This document shows, in pieces, positions 1 through 11,839 of a stretch of 64,000 nucleotides of DNA. Every line of letters begins with the position of its first letter. The first letter of the stretch is position 1. Source of the stretch: Antedon mediterranea (Eukaryota > Animalia > Echinodermata). The position numbers were made by a program, and so were the translations under genes. The DNA lies in contig NC_092677.1 in NCBI RefSeq assembly GCF_964355755.1, forward strand, positions 4,982,101 through 5,046,100, given 5' to 3'. The notes beneath the pieces were generated by a model. It was not told the DNA's origin and made no database searches. It saw only the letters and a list, made by a program, of their open reading frames with translations.

Positions 1-88
1 CTCACCTAAAGTGGGCCGAATCGTCTCACCTGAAGTGGGCCGAATAGTCCCGGGCCGAATCGTCTCAGGGCCGAATCGTCCCTGAACC
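1..88. mobile_element. Right arm of a repeat-armed (MULE/foldback-type) MITE, cut by the window edge
   Basis: Tandem GGGCCGAATCGTC units ending in CCCTGAACC, the same architecture as the repeat-armed elements at 3241 and 51910. Confidence 0.5.
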
Positions 89-3000
89 TATCAGAACGTT
101 CAGTCGGTCGCTCAAAAAATCTGCCGACAACAGAAGACGACTGTAATTAATACAGACCTAGTTTTTTTGGTCACATGACATAAAACGCGATACTCTCTGT
201 TTTAGCGCAACCTCTCACAGACGTTCCGTCCATGAGAGGGTCCGACGACGACGATAAACAGTAATTGAGATCGTGTATTTACCTGGATCTGTTTTTCCAC
301 TCCAAATGTAAAATTACAATAACCGATGCTTAGGGCCTCTACAAAAACTGACATCTTCTAACTTTAGATAGGATTTAATTAGCGAACAATACATTGTTTG
401 TGTGCATTGTCCATGCTTTGAAAGGCAATGACAACCCTACGATTGACGCATAGATAATTATAATAACAATACAACAGTCGTAGGTTACGAACAATACTTT
501 GTAGGCTACGTTCAGACAGGGGCCTCCCTGATTCAGAGAACAATGACCTAATTATGATCCGGAAGAGGGACATTTTATTGCTGATAGACAAGCTCTTAGG
601 CTTCATGGACAATGTATTAAATCCTGTCAATTATAAAGACAGGAATACTGAAAAAAAAAACATTTGATGACATTGACTAACAGAGTCCAACAAATCAAAA
701 TAAAGGAATCAAAATAAAGGAATGGAAATCAACTACGTTTTTTTTGTGTATTGCCTATAATGTGTGAAATTTAGTGCAGGGCAAGTGACTTTTCAAATTT
801 ACTTGTCCTGGGACAAGTGAACAAAACTGAAATTTCCTCATGCCTTACATTTACATTATAAATATAATTCCTGTTTGCTTTTTTACCTAAATGTTACATT
901 AGCCTGTTCAGAACTAATTGACATTTATACTTCTTGCTAATTTGTAGCTGTAAATATATGAACTAATTAAATCAACTTTTAGTTCATAGTATATAAGAGA
1001 TAATTAATCTTTTTTTTTATGTTTCTAGATCAAAGGAAACGTAGAAGCCGGTGAGTTATAGTCTGCATTATAACTTTAAATGACTGTATTTTGATTAAAG
1101 ATGTATTGTCCCCCTGAACAAAAATTTTTTTTTTTTTAAAGGCCATTTTAATGATACATAAAAGTTATTCACTTTGAAAAAAAATTGGATCAAAAAAAAA
1201 ATTATTTACCTTAGAAAATCGTAATTTAAAGTAAAAAATAGTCAACCGGAAGTCGGTTGGCTGGCAGCCAGCTGGCTTCCGGTTTAATTTAACCCTTGAC
1301 CTGAATTAGCTTATGAATTATGCATATTGTATGATTCTTGTGCGTGTATGTGACCTCTAGGTCATCAGAAAAAAAATACGACGTGATATGGCGAGACGAC
1401 GATGTGGGAAAGTTCTGTAGTTTAACAACAAAAAAAACAACTCCTACTTGAAGAAAAGACTATGGCTAGGCCCTAGCAGATTGGTAAGTAAGAACTGTAG
1501 TTTCTATGGTGCAGCTTTGTTAGTTAGTACTATAGGAAGCCTAGCTAGCCCATTACAGCTGTACTGGCTATCTAGTGTACTATCCCACTATCTATTGGCT
1601 AGGCCTAGAGTAGTAGCTAGTCTAGTAGTGGTAGTAGTACTAGGCCTAGTTGTAGGCCTGAGTGAGGGTTCACCCTGAGTGAGTAGCAGGCCTAGCTAAT
1701 ACTAATAGATACAACTTGTAAGCCTTATTAATAGTTATTGCCAACCTAGCTTTAAATAGGATTAGGCCTAAACATGCATCTGTGAGCATGGAGTAAGGAA
1801 TAAGGTTTTAGCATGGAGGTATAAAAATAAAATATTTTATACCTCCATGATGGTTTTATTGTGACTTGTGTGAATTTCGACACCACCAACTCGTCTTATT
1901 TTTAGTATAATACTATAATATTAATAAGAGCAGCGAAACTCAAAAAGCGAAAACTTGTGAATGGCTGCCAAAAATAGAAAATAAGGTCACCCACCACCAG
2001 GGCCAGGAGAGATTATGGTGCTTGGTTTTTCCTTCATGATTAATTAGATTTTAATGCTAATATAAATTTGTGAAAATTGTAACTAGGCCTATACTGTACA
2101 TCCAATAATGTAATTATTTGAGAGAAAATGACCAAATAATCTAAGTTGAATATTTTTTGGAATGTGTACTTTACAGTACTTAGTACCGTTATGTTGAAAA
2201 TTCTTCCAAAGCAATAACGTTCAAACCAACATTCACACAATTAAACTTTTTATGTACATATTTTAATAAATAATGTCTTTCTTTTAATAGGTATTAACAC
2301 ACTTGAATGAACAATATGAGCAAGTAGTGGAAAATGGTGAAGAAATCAACACAAAATGTGGTAGCAACATTCACAATATTTATTTGAACGTTTCTTACTA
2401 TGAAAATGGATGAACAATCACAGAAGACAAGCTATTGCTGTAATGCCACAATCAACACATCAATTAATAGTTGAAAATAAATTGTCAACAATAATGCAGA
2501 AATTCAATGAAATATACTAGTAATTAACTCATTTTTTACTGTACTGTACTGTAAATCTTCACACATTAAAATTATGGTGATTTTATTTCATGTACTGTAG
2601 TAGTATTTTTTATTTATTTAATGCTGTATACAAATGTTATTGCTCTAATTATGAAAACTATACAACATTTTAAAAGCTGGAAAACAACCAACACATTTGC
2701 CTAATGCTTTATGATAGTCATCCAATATTTATCTTGTGTTCCACTACCGAGTCTACTGCCAGTTGCCTTTAAAATGCTGTATGGGTGTAACTTCTGTTCC
2801 AGTCTTCATTAGCTTAAGTCTATAAATTGAAAAACAATGATGTATAAATACAAAAGTCAAATAGAAAAGTTAAATATTTCACAATTTATTGCATACATAT
2901 AATTATTATTTCTGTACATGAATCTGAAGTTTTCAATTTGGGGTACTAATGTACAGTAAGGAATCCCTGAAAAGTGCATCTCCTCCCTAAAAAGGCCTAG

Positions 3001-3240
3001 TCTAATTACTAGTGTTTTCGTTTTGGTTGCTATCAACAACAATCTATTCTACCGTCAACTTCTTTGGTACTGTATGCTGATCATTTTCCAAATGTTCGTT
3101 TTTTGTCATCAGTTAGTCTTTTTTAGACTTTAAAATTAATTCGAGCTCCAAATGTATATCAGTGGTACATCAACATAGTAGGCCTATTTCCTGTAGCTAG
3201 TTGTGGAGTGATGGCTTAGCTAGGTGAGTACGACATATAG

Positions 3241-5384
3241 GGATGCTAGTCAAGTCGCCCCATCGCAAAGTCGCCCCATACAAAGTCGCCCCATACACAG
3301 TCGCCCCATCGCAAAGTCGCCCCAAAACAAAGTCGCCCTGACACAGTCGCCCCATTACAAAGTCGCCCCATCGCAAAGTCGCCCCATCGCAAAGTCGCCC
3401 CAACACAAAGTCGCCCCATCGCAAAGTCGCCCCAAACGTTAAAAAATAGTTTAAAAGTGCGTAAAATGTCGCAATGATACACAAAATAACACGGAACGTG
3501 TAGGCATAAAAGGGGAAGCCCCTCCATGTAGTCTCAGGTCACACGATCGGCACGCTCCCCAATCATCAGAGAGGAAGCCCCCAACTAATCACTCCGCGGT
3601 CGCTCTAACGTGCTCTAGCTTTCACCAGAGGGAAACCCCCGTAATTACTCCGCCGTTGTCGCACTACAACGCACCATCTGAAGATGGGGAAACCCCGTCG
3701 GAGTTTTACGATGATATCAGTCGCGTTCGAAATCGGTGGCGTTTAATTTTGGTCGCGATAAAATGATGTTATACGATCTAGATTATTTTTACTTTGGTCG
3801 ATGAATATTTATTATTATTAGGCCTATAGGCCTATTAATAATTGATTTTTGTTTTTATTTTACACTGAGGTCTATGATGAGAGAAAGATGTGTGCCTTAA
3901 AAATGACAATTTGTAAACATAGTTTAAGATTATAGTAAGCCTATTATTCAGCATAATGTCATTTAACAGTACATAAATTTAAATGTGAAATATTTTATAG
4001 GGAACGCAGGCTACGTCTGTGTCTTTTATTTTTTATATGCAACAAATTAGGTAAAACAATTTATTTATAAACATTCAGTTTACTATTATATACATAGTAT
4101 TACAATGAACATTGATTATAAGCCTGGAAATGCAATCCCATCATTATATCCATTATAAAATTGCATCATGATATCGCCACTATATTATGTCGTAAATGAT
4201 GACGTGCATGTGTGTATTCGTCGTACGTCCGTGTACGTATTATTCCGTGCCTCTTCACTGTCTTGTTTATTAAAATTAAATAAACACCCGATATGAGGAT
4301 ATTTATTAGGCATGATAATTAGAATGTTCTATAACCAAAAGGGTTGAAAAGAATTTCTTCAGTAAAATGATCATTCTGCTGTTGAATAAAAAGCGACTCG
4401 CAATCTGAAACATTCTCTGAAACCAATCGGAGCTGCTCCTTCTGGTATCTGTTTCCTTCTCACAGCTGCTACGTCTTTCTGCTGCCCGTCGGGGATTCCC
4501 CTTTTTAAAAAACACGCACACGATAATCATACTGTACGATGGTTTTTCCATGGTCAAAATGTAGCGTTTTAATTTTACTAAAATACCTGCATGTGTAAAA
4601 CGATCATATCGGCGAAGAAATCCCCTTTTTTTTATTTCTTCATTTTGAAAAGTCATAATTAAAATTAAATAACTATAGACACATAACTTGTCAATAAATG
4701 CAAAATGATCAATAAGTAGCCTATATAACATTTATTGTCTTACAACGCTGTTATTGTTTTAACTACTGTAAATATACGAAGGCCTACTATTTATACACTT
4801 ATTATATTATCCTAAAAAATGAGCTGGTATCCACGCGTAGGTTGAAGAAAGATTCGTAATTGTGGCTCTGGTAACTAATTTTAAAATCATATTAAATTAA
4901 CATTTTCGAAACTATAAATCAGGGATAATCTTTTCGAAATCTTTTTAGAACTTTCAAACAAGGGACTATTTTTTAATGATTTTTAAAAAGCACATCACTC
5001 CATTATAACCTGTAAAATAAAAATTAAAACACAAATTATGTATAATAGCTGGATAAACATTATAATGTATACGACATTTAGCGCGACCAAAGTAACAACG
5101 CAATCGATATCAAACGCAACCGCTATATGATTAAAACAGCGTACTACTAGCGGCGGCACTTCCGAAATAAAACCGTGGGCGACTTTGCGATGGGGCGACT
5201 TTGCGTTGGGGCGACTTTGCGATGGGGCGACTTTGCGTTGGGGCGACTTTGCGATGGGGCGACTTTGTAATGGGGCGACTGTGCCGGGGCGACTTTGTTT
5301 TGGGGCGACTTTGCGATGGGGCGACTTTGTATTGGGCGACTTTGTATGGGGCGACTTTGCGATGGGGCGACTTGACTGGATCCC
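3241..5384. mobile_element. Repeat-armed MULE/foldback-like non-autonomous element nested in Kolobok copy 1
   Basis: Inverted arms of tandem AAAGTCGCCCC units (3250-3435 and 5176-5380); TSD ACATATAG(G) at 3233-3240 and 5385-5392. Confidence 0.8.
3512..3696. promoter_or_regulatory. Cluster of four NF-kB/Rel-like motifs at ~58-bp spacing
   Basis: GGGGAAGCCCC (3512), GAGGAAGCCCC (3571), GGGAAACCCC (3630), GGGGAAACCCC (3686). Function is untested. Confidence 0.35.
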
Positions 5385-6140
5385 ACATATAGGACCTAGC
5401 TAGGCCTCAAAGTGGGTTCCCGTCTACTTTTCTGACCCGATTATCTGCCTGCCTACAGCTGCTGCTACACTACACTACACAGTAGTAAACTACAGTACTA
5501 ACTAGGCCTAGGCCCTACTAGATAGTAGAAGTAGGCTTATATTATAGCCCTAGCCTAGATAGCTAAGCCTATAACTATACGCCAAAAACTATTATAGGAG
5601 GATGTGTCATTCATCTAAAATAGAATTCTACTTACCAGCAAATTAACGGCAGAGCTTTTTACATCATACGATCAGGGAAACCCCAGCACTTTCTTCTGTT
5701 CTTCGCACATGTTTGTTTACGTGGTGAACAGATCGGATCTCCCCTGTTTGGATACTCATTAACATATCATGCATATTTATGAGCTGTTAGCTAACCATCG
5801 TTATTTTGGAATTTCTGAACTTATGAGTTCGAAAAAATGGTAAACTTATTTTGATTTTTTATAAGCGAAATCAATATTTTTTTCGGATTTTTTTTCGGCG
5901 AAAGTGAATAACTTTATTATAACTACAAAATGGTCTATTCAAAATTTGATTTTTTTCATCTTTATTTTTCATGTTTTGGGGGACAATACAACTTTAAGAT
6001 TCACAATATTTTATAATAATACACTTGTATTCCAATTCATAATGTAATTTTGCAAATTTAAAAGGTGACATGATATATTTATATGCATTAAACACACAAA
6101 AAGGCAAAATATCATTAAAAATAATAAAAATATGAAACTT

Positions 6141-6370
6141 GAGTTGTGGCTTGGTGGTTATGATGTGCTTGGCTATCAATCCAAGGGTCCTGGGGTCAAA
6201 TTACAATTACACACCCAAAGACTTGTAATTTAAGACTTTGCGCAAAAAAGATCGCTACAAATTCATTCTAAATATAGTATCAGAACGTTCTTGCTAATTT
6301 GTAGTTGTAAATATATTAACTAATTGTGTTTATGTACAGTAGAGCATCTTGTGTATGTTTGTCTTGTGAA
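6141..6370 (+). mobile_element. tRNA-derived SINE, degenerate copy
   Basis: GAGTTGTGGCTTGGTGGTTATGATG...CCAAGGGTCCTGGG...CCCAAAGACTTGTAAT matches the fuller copy at 49216. Confidence 0.65.
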
Positions 6371-7368
6371 CAGGATTCAAGCGTCATGCGTCGCGCGTCA
6401 TTCGACGGATCGCTTTGAAAGTTGAATTGTCATGCGTCTATTAGTTTTTCTTGTCGGTTCCCACTAAACGCGTCACGATGTGCTGATTCGTCGCGATTGC
6501 TAGGCCTAGGAGATAGTGGGTTGGCCAATACAATACTACATTTAAAATAATCAGAGAAGATGACTGAAGTATTTCCTATGTAAGTTTAACCAGAGAAGAG
6601 TTGAATTAAAATGTAATTTAACTCTTCCCTGGTTACACCAATCACAGTGTTTGGTTTTGGTGGGAAAATGTTATTCTTTTCAAAAGCCTGAAATGTGCAT
6701 GATTGTATGTATATATCACAAGGACAGAAGAAGATGTATTCAATATCAATACAGTTACAAGAATTAAACTGAGCATTTATTGCATGTTGATTACACGTAC
6801 ATGTGATCTGCTGACTGTATTTATTCGTGGTGTTACAAATATCTTTCAACAGAGGTTATTATAACCATATAAAAGATTTCATATAAACACGAACTGGGAA
6901 TCTTCATGGGTTTGTCATTTTCAAATATAAACTATAGGCCTATATATTAATGTAAAGTTTTCACATTCATTTTCTAATTATTATTAAATATTATATTATT
7001 CATGACAAAACATACAGTTTTTTTCTCATTTGATTAAATGTAATAAATATCCCAAACTCATATTTACACTGTATATTATCTTATGACTTTTTTTTCAAAT
7101 AAATACACTTATTTAAATAGTGAATCATTGTTTTTAAAGGTATCATTAAATATCAACCAGATTTTCTTTTTTACTACTCCTGAATACTTTCACAAAATAA
7201 TAAATTTAAAATGTATCATCCTAAAAAAAATGAAAATTGAAGAAATATTATTATTGTTAAAAGTGAATAACTAACCCTAAAGTGTTATACTGTATTACAC
7301 ACAACGAAAATGTTTTAAATTATATTTTCAGGAAGACAATATATCTTGTCCAAAAAATGACACTAAAC

Positions 7369-7560
7369 TTAAAGATGTATTGTCCCATAGAATCATGAAA
7401 AATGAAGATGATTAAAATCAAATTTGAATAGGACATTTTGTAGTTTTAACAAAGTTAATCACTTACATAGAAAAAAAAAACCCAAAAACTTATGTTTTCA
7501 CTTATAAAATGAAAAAAATTCCATTAGCTGGCAGCCAATTTGACTATTTTTTTAGTATTG
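7369..7560. mobile_element. Solo terminal fragment of the Kolobok-type family
   Basis: TTAAAGATGTATTGTCCC followed by the same subterminal sequence seen at 56897. Confidence 0.55.
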
Positions 7561-7951
7561 GAGTATAACAAAACATATACATATATTTCCATGTGTTCTC
7601 TATTACTAAAAAAAGACATTCAGTTCAGCTTTCCTTCTATAACCACTTAATAAATACTAGTTACAGTCCAACTCCTCCTTAATCTCTTCCATTTTCTATT
7701 TAAAAAAGTATTAAAAAATTGGGCATATTGCTCAAATCATTTTTTTCTGGCCAATGTATGTCACCAACTGACATACCCATTTGAAAAAAGTCTATACAAA
7801 CCTGTATCAGCCTCATAATTGCCAGTCCACGTTTTTGAGGAGCAATTGCTCTTAATTCCATGGCAATAATATACTGGCCGCTTAAACTACTAGCTTGGTC
7901 ATTGGTGGAGTTTGTAACGCTGGTAATAGCCTGAATAATCCCATTTATCAA

Positions 7952-9030
7952 GGGTGTCACGAAACCTAAGACCACGAAAGCTAAGACCCCCTAAGGCCTA
8001 AGATCACGAAAGCTAAGACCCAAGACCTAAGATTACAAATTCTAAGATATACTACAGCTTAAAAACAATACTTGTTTATCCATACATAATTTTAAACACA
8101 GTAGGTTTCATTTATTACCATAAATATAATTTAATACTACCGCAAAACATAGATAAACTCACATTATTTTCGCCCGTTGAGTAAATGTATATTTTTTCTT
8201 TACAACAAACAAACTTGACTGGTTGTTTGTTGGTATATATTTACTCCAATGTGTTGCTTCAGTGGATGTTTTTCTTACGCACCTGCCTTTCTTGTATTTT
8301 GACTCCAAATTTGTTGACTAACTTTATTCTGAATACCACACTTTAAAATTAGGACTTATAAGTACTTTCAGAAGGAGAAACACATAATAACAAATAAATA
8401 AATCCTTTAAATTGATGATTTTACAGACGTGTTTCTTTGTATACTGTAATGTAACTCCTCGAGCTCCCCATGCTCAATGTTTTTGTTTCTATGGAGCGCC
8501 AAAAGAGCAACAATAATAGTACAAGTATAAAAACGGAAAGAAAACGAAACAAAAAAACTTATCATAATTTTTAAGTTAAAATTTATTTGCCAGTATTTAT
8601 TTCTTCGTACTTGCATGATTATACTATTATCATTACAATTTTAATTTTACATTTTTCCCTCCACACTGTAGATGGACTCCACAGAGTGTTCAGCCCTCTA
8701 TATAATTTTTGCTCTTTTGACGTTCCATAGAAACAAAAACATTGAACATGGGGTAGGCCTACTTCTAGTGTGCTGTTGGCTAGTCATTTTGTGTGCGAGA
8801 AAAACGTCTGTAAAATCATCAATTTAAAAATGTATTTGTTACTTTTTATGTGATTCTTTTTCATGAAAGTGCCAATTCTAAGGTGTGGTATTCAGAATAA
8901 CTGTTGGGAGTTAAAATACAAGGCAGGTGCGAAAGATAAATATTTGTAATCTTAGGTCTTGGGTCTTAGCTTTCGTGATCTTAGGTCTTAGGGGGTCTTA
9001 GCTTTCGTGGTCTTAGGTTTCGTGACACCC
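7952..9030. mobile_element. MULE-like MITE, copy A
   Basis: ~90-bp TIR GGGTGTCACGAAACCTAAGACC...; perfect 10-bp TSD CATTTATCAA at 7942-7951 and 9031-9040. Confidence 0.85.
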
Positions 9031-9457
9031 CATTTATCAATGTTCATCTAATTGACCTTAAAAAAAAAACAGTATTTATCTATTAATATTACTACTACTA
9101 TGCCTATCCTAGCCTTACAACACTAAATCAACTAAATATTAGGCCTATAAATATTAATTAATAATAATAAGTAGGCTAGGCCTAGCTAAGTACTGTACTC
9201 ATATTTAGTAGTAGGCTTAACCTAGGCTAGGCCTGGCCTAGCACATAGTAGACTAGTAGGATTAGTAAGTATTATGTAGGCCTATAAGTACTACTTGGCA
9301 TGGCCTAGCCTACTAGGGTATATGTAGCCTAGGCTAGGTAGGCCTAGCTAGGCCCTAGTATTGCCTAAACCTAGGTAGGCCTAGGTAGGCTAGAAATAGA
9401 AGGCTTGCCAACTCACTTTACAAATTGATCTCTGACGCGTTTTAGGCCTACTTTTTC

Positions 9458-10540
9458 GGGTGTCACGAAACCTAAGACCACGAAAGCTAAGACCCCCTAA
9501 GACCTAAGATCACGAAAGCTAAGACCCAAGACCTAAGATTACAAATATTTATCTTTCGCACCTGCCTTGTATTTTAACTCCCAACATTTATTCTGAATAC
9601 CATACCTTAGAATTAGCACTTTATGAAAAAGAATCACATAAAAAGTAACAAATACATTTTTAAATTGATGATTTTACAGACGTTTTTCTCGTACACATAC
9701 TATTTGCGAATTTCGCATGACTAGCCTATACACTACAGTTAGGCGCGCCTACATAATGTTCAATGTTTTTGTTTCTATGGAACGTCAATAGAGCAAAAAT
9801 TATATAGAGGGCTGAAAACTCTGTGGAGTCCATCTACAGTGTGGATGGAACAATGTAAAATTAAAATTGTAATAATAATAGTATAATCATGCTAGTACGA
9901 AGAAATAAATACTCGCAAATAAATTTTAATTTAAAAATCATGATAATAAGTTTTTTTGTTTCGTTTTCTTTCTGTTTTCATACTTGTACTATTATTGTTG
10001 CTCTTTTGGCGCTCCATAGAAACAAAAACATTGAGCATGAGGAGTTACAGTATACAAAGAAACACGTCTGTAAAAACATATATTTAAAGGATTTATTTAT
10101 GTGTTTTTATGTGTTTCTCCTTCTGAAAGTACTTATATAAGTCCTAATTTTAAAGTGTGATATTCAGAATAAAGTCAGTTAACAAATTTGGAGTCAAAAT
10201 ACAAGAAAGGCAGGTGCGAAAGAAAAACATCCTCTGAACCAACACAATGGAGTAAATATATACCAACAAACAACCAGTCAAGTTTGTTTGTTGTAAAGGA
10301 AAAACATTTACTCAACGGGCGAAAATAATGCGAGTTTATCTATGTTTTGCGGTAGTATTTAATTATATTTATGGTAATAAATGAAATCTACTATGTTTAA
10401 AATTATGTATGGATAAACAAGTATTGTTTTTAAGCTGTAGTATATCTTAGAATTTGCAATCTTAGGTCTTGGGTCTTAGCTTTCGTGATCTTAGGTCTTA
10501 GGGGGTCTTAGCTTTCGTGGTCTTAGGTTTCGTGACACCC
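9458..10540. mobile_element. MULE-like MITE, copy B, inverted relative to copy A
   Basis: Same TIRs as copy A; 10-bp TSD CTACTTTTTC/CTAGTTTTTC; the interior is the reverse complement of copy A. Confidence 0.85.
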
Positions 10541-11763
10541 CTAGTTTTTCTGGCATTCTTCTACACAGATGTTTGTCTGAAATTATTGTCTTCATGCATT
10601 AATCCTTATGTTTCTGTCTGTGTATGACTTACTTCCCTTATCGTAAAGACAAGAAGGGTAAGTATTTCCATAAAGACCCTCGCTCGTCAGCCACCATTTT
10701 TTTGCCGTCGGTGTCGTCGATGAGAGATATTCCTGACTTCTGATTGGTTGACGAACGCGAACCGCGCTCGTGACGCCTCAAAAAGTTGACCAAGGTTCAA
10801 CTTTTGAAAATTCGCCTGCGAAGCCTTCGCTGCTGTCGTTTTCAACGCGTTGAAGTTGAAATTCGACTATCGTACACTGTTCGCTTGTATGTTCACACTG
10901 GAAGCGTCCGTCGCCTGCCGCGTGCGTCACTTTTAAACGCGAAATTCGCGGCTTCGCGTTCGGTGTGCACCGGCCTTTAAGGAGGATAGTGAATGAATTC
11001 AATTCAATTTGCATAAATATATAAAAACAAAAAATTATTACCTTGAATTGTGGTAACCCTAAATCAGTTGTTAGTAGTGAAGGGTATCAGATGGTCAACA
11101 AAGTCTGTTTTAATGATGGTCCTTGTTGTTGTAAGTGTAATGTTATTATTTTATATTTTATTAATCCTACAGCAGACTCAGAGAGACTTATAAAAGAAGA
11201 AAAGCTGGCTATGTATGTATTTCTGATTTCTATTAAAATCTTGTTTTAATTAAATTAAAAATGAAATATAAATATTTCTTAGGAGGATTGAAGTCACAAA
11301 AAAAGAAACTAAAAGATATGTAGTATTTATGATATGTTAGATTGTGTTTTTGTTTTATAATTTAAATTATTTTAAACCTTGTTTTGAAAAGTAGTACAGT
11401 AGTAGAAATAGAATTTCTATAACAGCAGTGAGCACTTCACATACATACATGATTATTGTGTTCTTTTGTAGGGTGAACTTAGAGAATGATTACAAATTGA
11501 ATTTAAGCACTTAATTATCTTATCATTTTGTTAATTCTTAAAAGTGAAATTGTTTCATTGAGTATTATAATTTTTGTGACTTATATTTTCATTCAGGTGG
11601 TATGGATTGTCAGCAAATTACTCCAAATTATTTTAAGAGTAACAAAGAATAACATGCCTTACATTTTAGTAAAAGAAATATTGTATCTACAATGTATGAA
11701 AAAACAGTAGTTATTCTATGAAACATAAAAAAAATATGCAAAATCATTCTTTTTTTCTCAAAG

Positions 11764-11808
11764 AAACGTCGTAATAAAGATGGATGTGAAGGTAAACTTT
11801 ACCATTAA

Positions 11809-11839
<31 letters not shown>

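Larger units (their letters stand above)
1099..5993. mobile_element. Kolobok-type non-autonomous DNA transposon, copy 1
   Basis: TIR AGATGTATTGTCCCCC ... GGGGGACAATACAACT, flanked by TTAA at 1095-1098 and 5994-5997. Both ends and the interior near 2720-2810 are homologous to the inverted copy at 56897-62030. Confidence 0.75.
7700..10700 (-). pseudogene. Decayed MADF(-BESS-like) DNA-binding gene of a PIF/Harbinger-type element, interrupted by two MITEs
   Basis: After removing the MITE, the minus strand at 10550-10700 and 9410-9457 gives MADF-like remnants (YP..LYD..RNIR.NA...EECQKK...KRVRDQFVK). The 7700-7950 segment gives a BESS-like tail (IAMELRAIAPQKRGLAIMRLIQV). A Harbinger-like terminus CGGTGTGCACCGGCCT-TTAA lies near 10961-10980. 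Confidence 0.5.

Noticed and set aside
232-260. ATG AGA GGG TCC GAC GAC GAC GAT AAA (MRGSDDDDK) downstream of a GGTCACATGAC E-box as the first coding exon
   Set aside because: The following donor is phase 2 and gives a stop when joined to the 1029 exon. The resemblance to tag or enterokinase sequences appears coincidental.
3197-5403. ORFs with WGDF/SRP repeats on both strands
   Set aside because: They are translations of the AAAGTCGCCCC tandem arms of a MITE, not genes.
8407-10140. Two similar hydrophobic ORFs (MQVRRNKY.../MLVRRNKY...)
   Set aside because: They are the same AT-rich MITE interior read in the two inverted copies; no coding signature.
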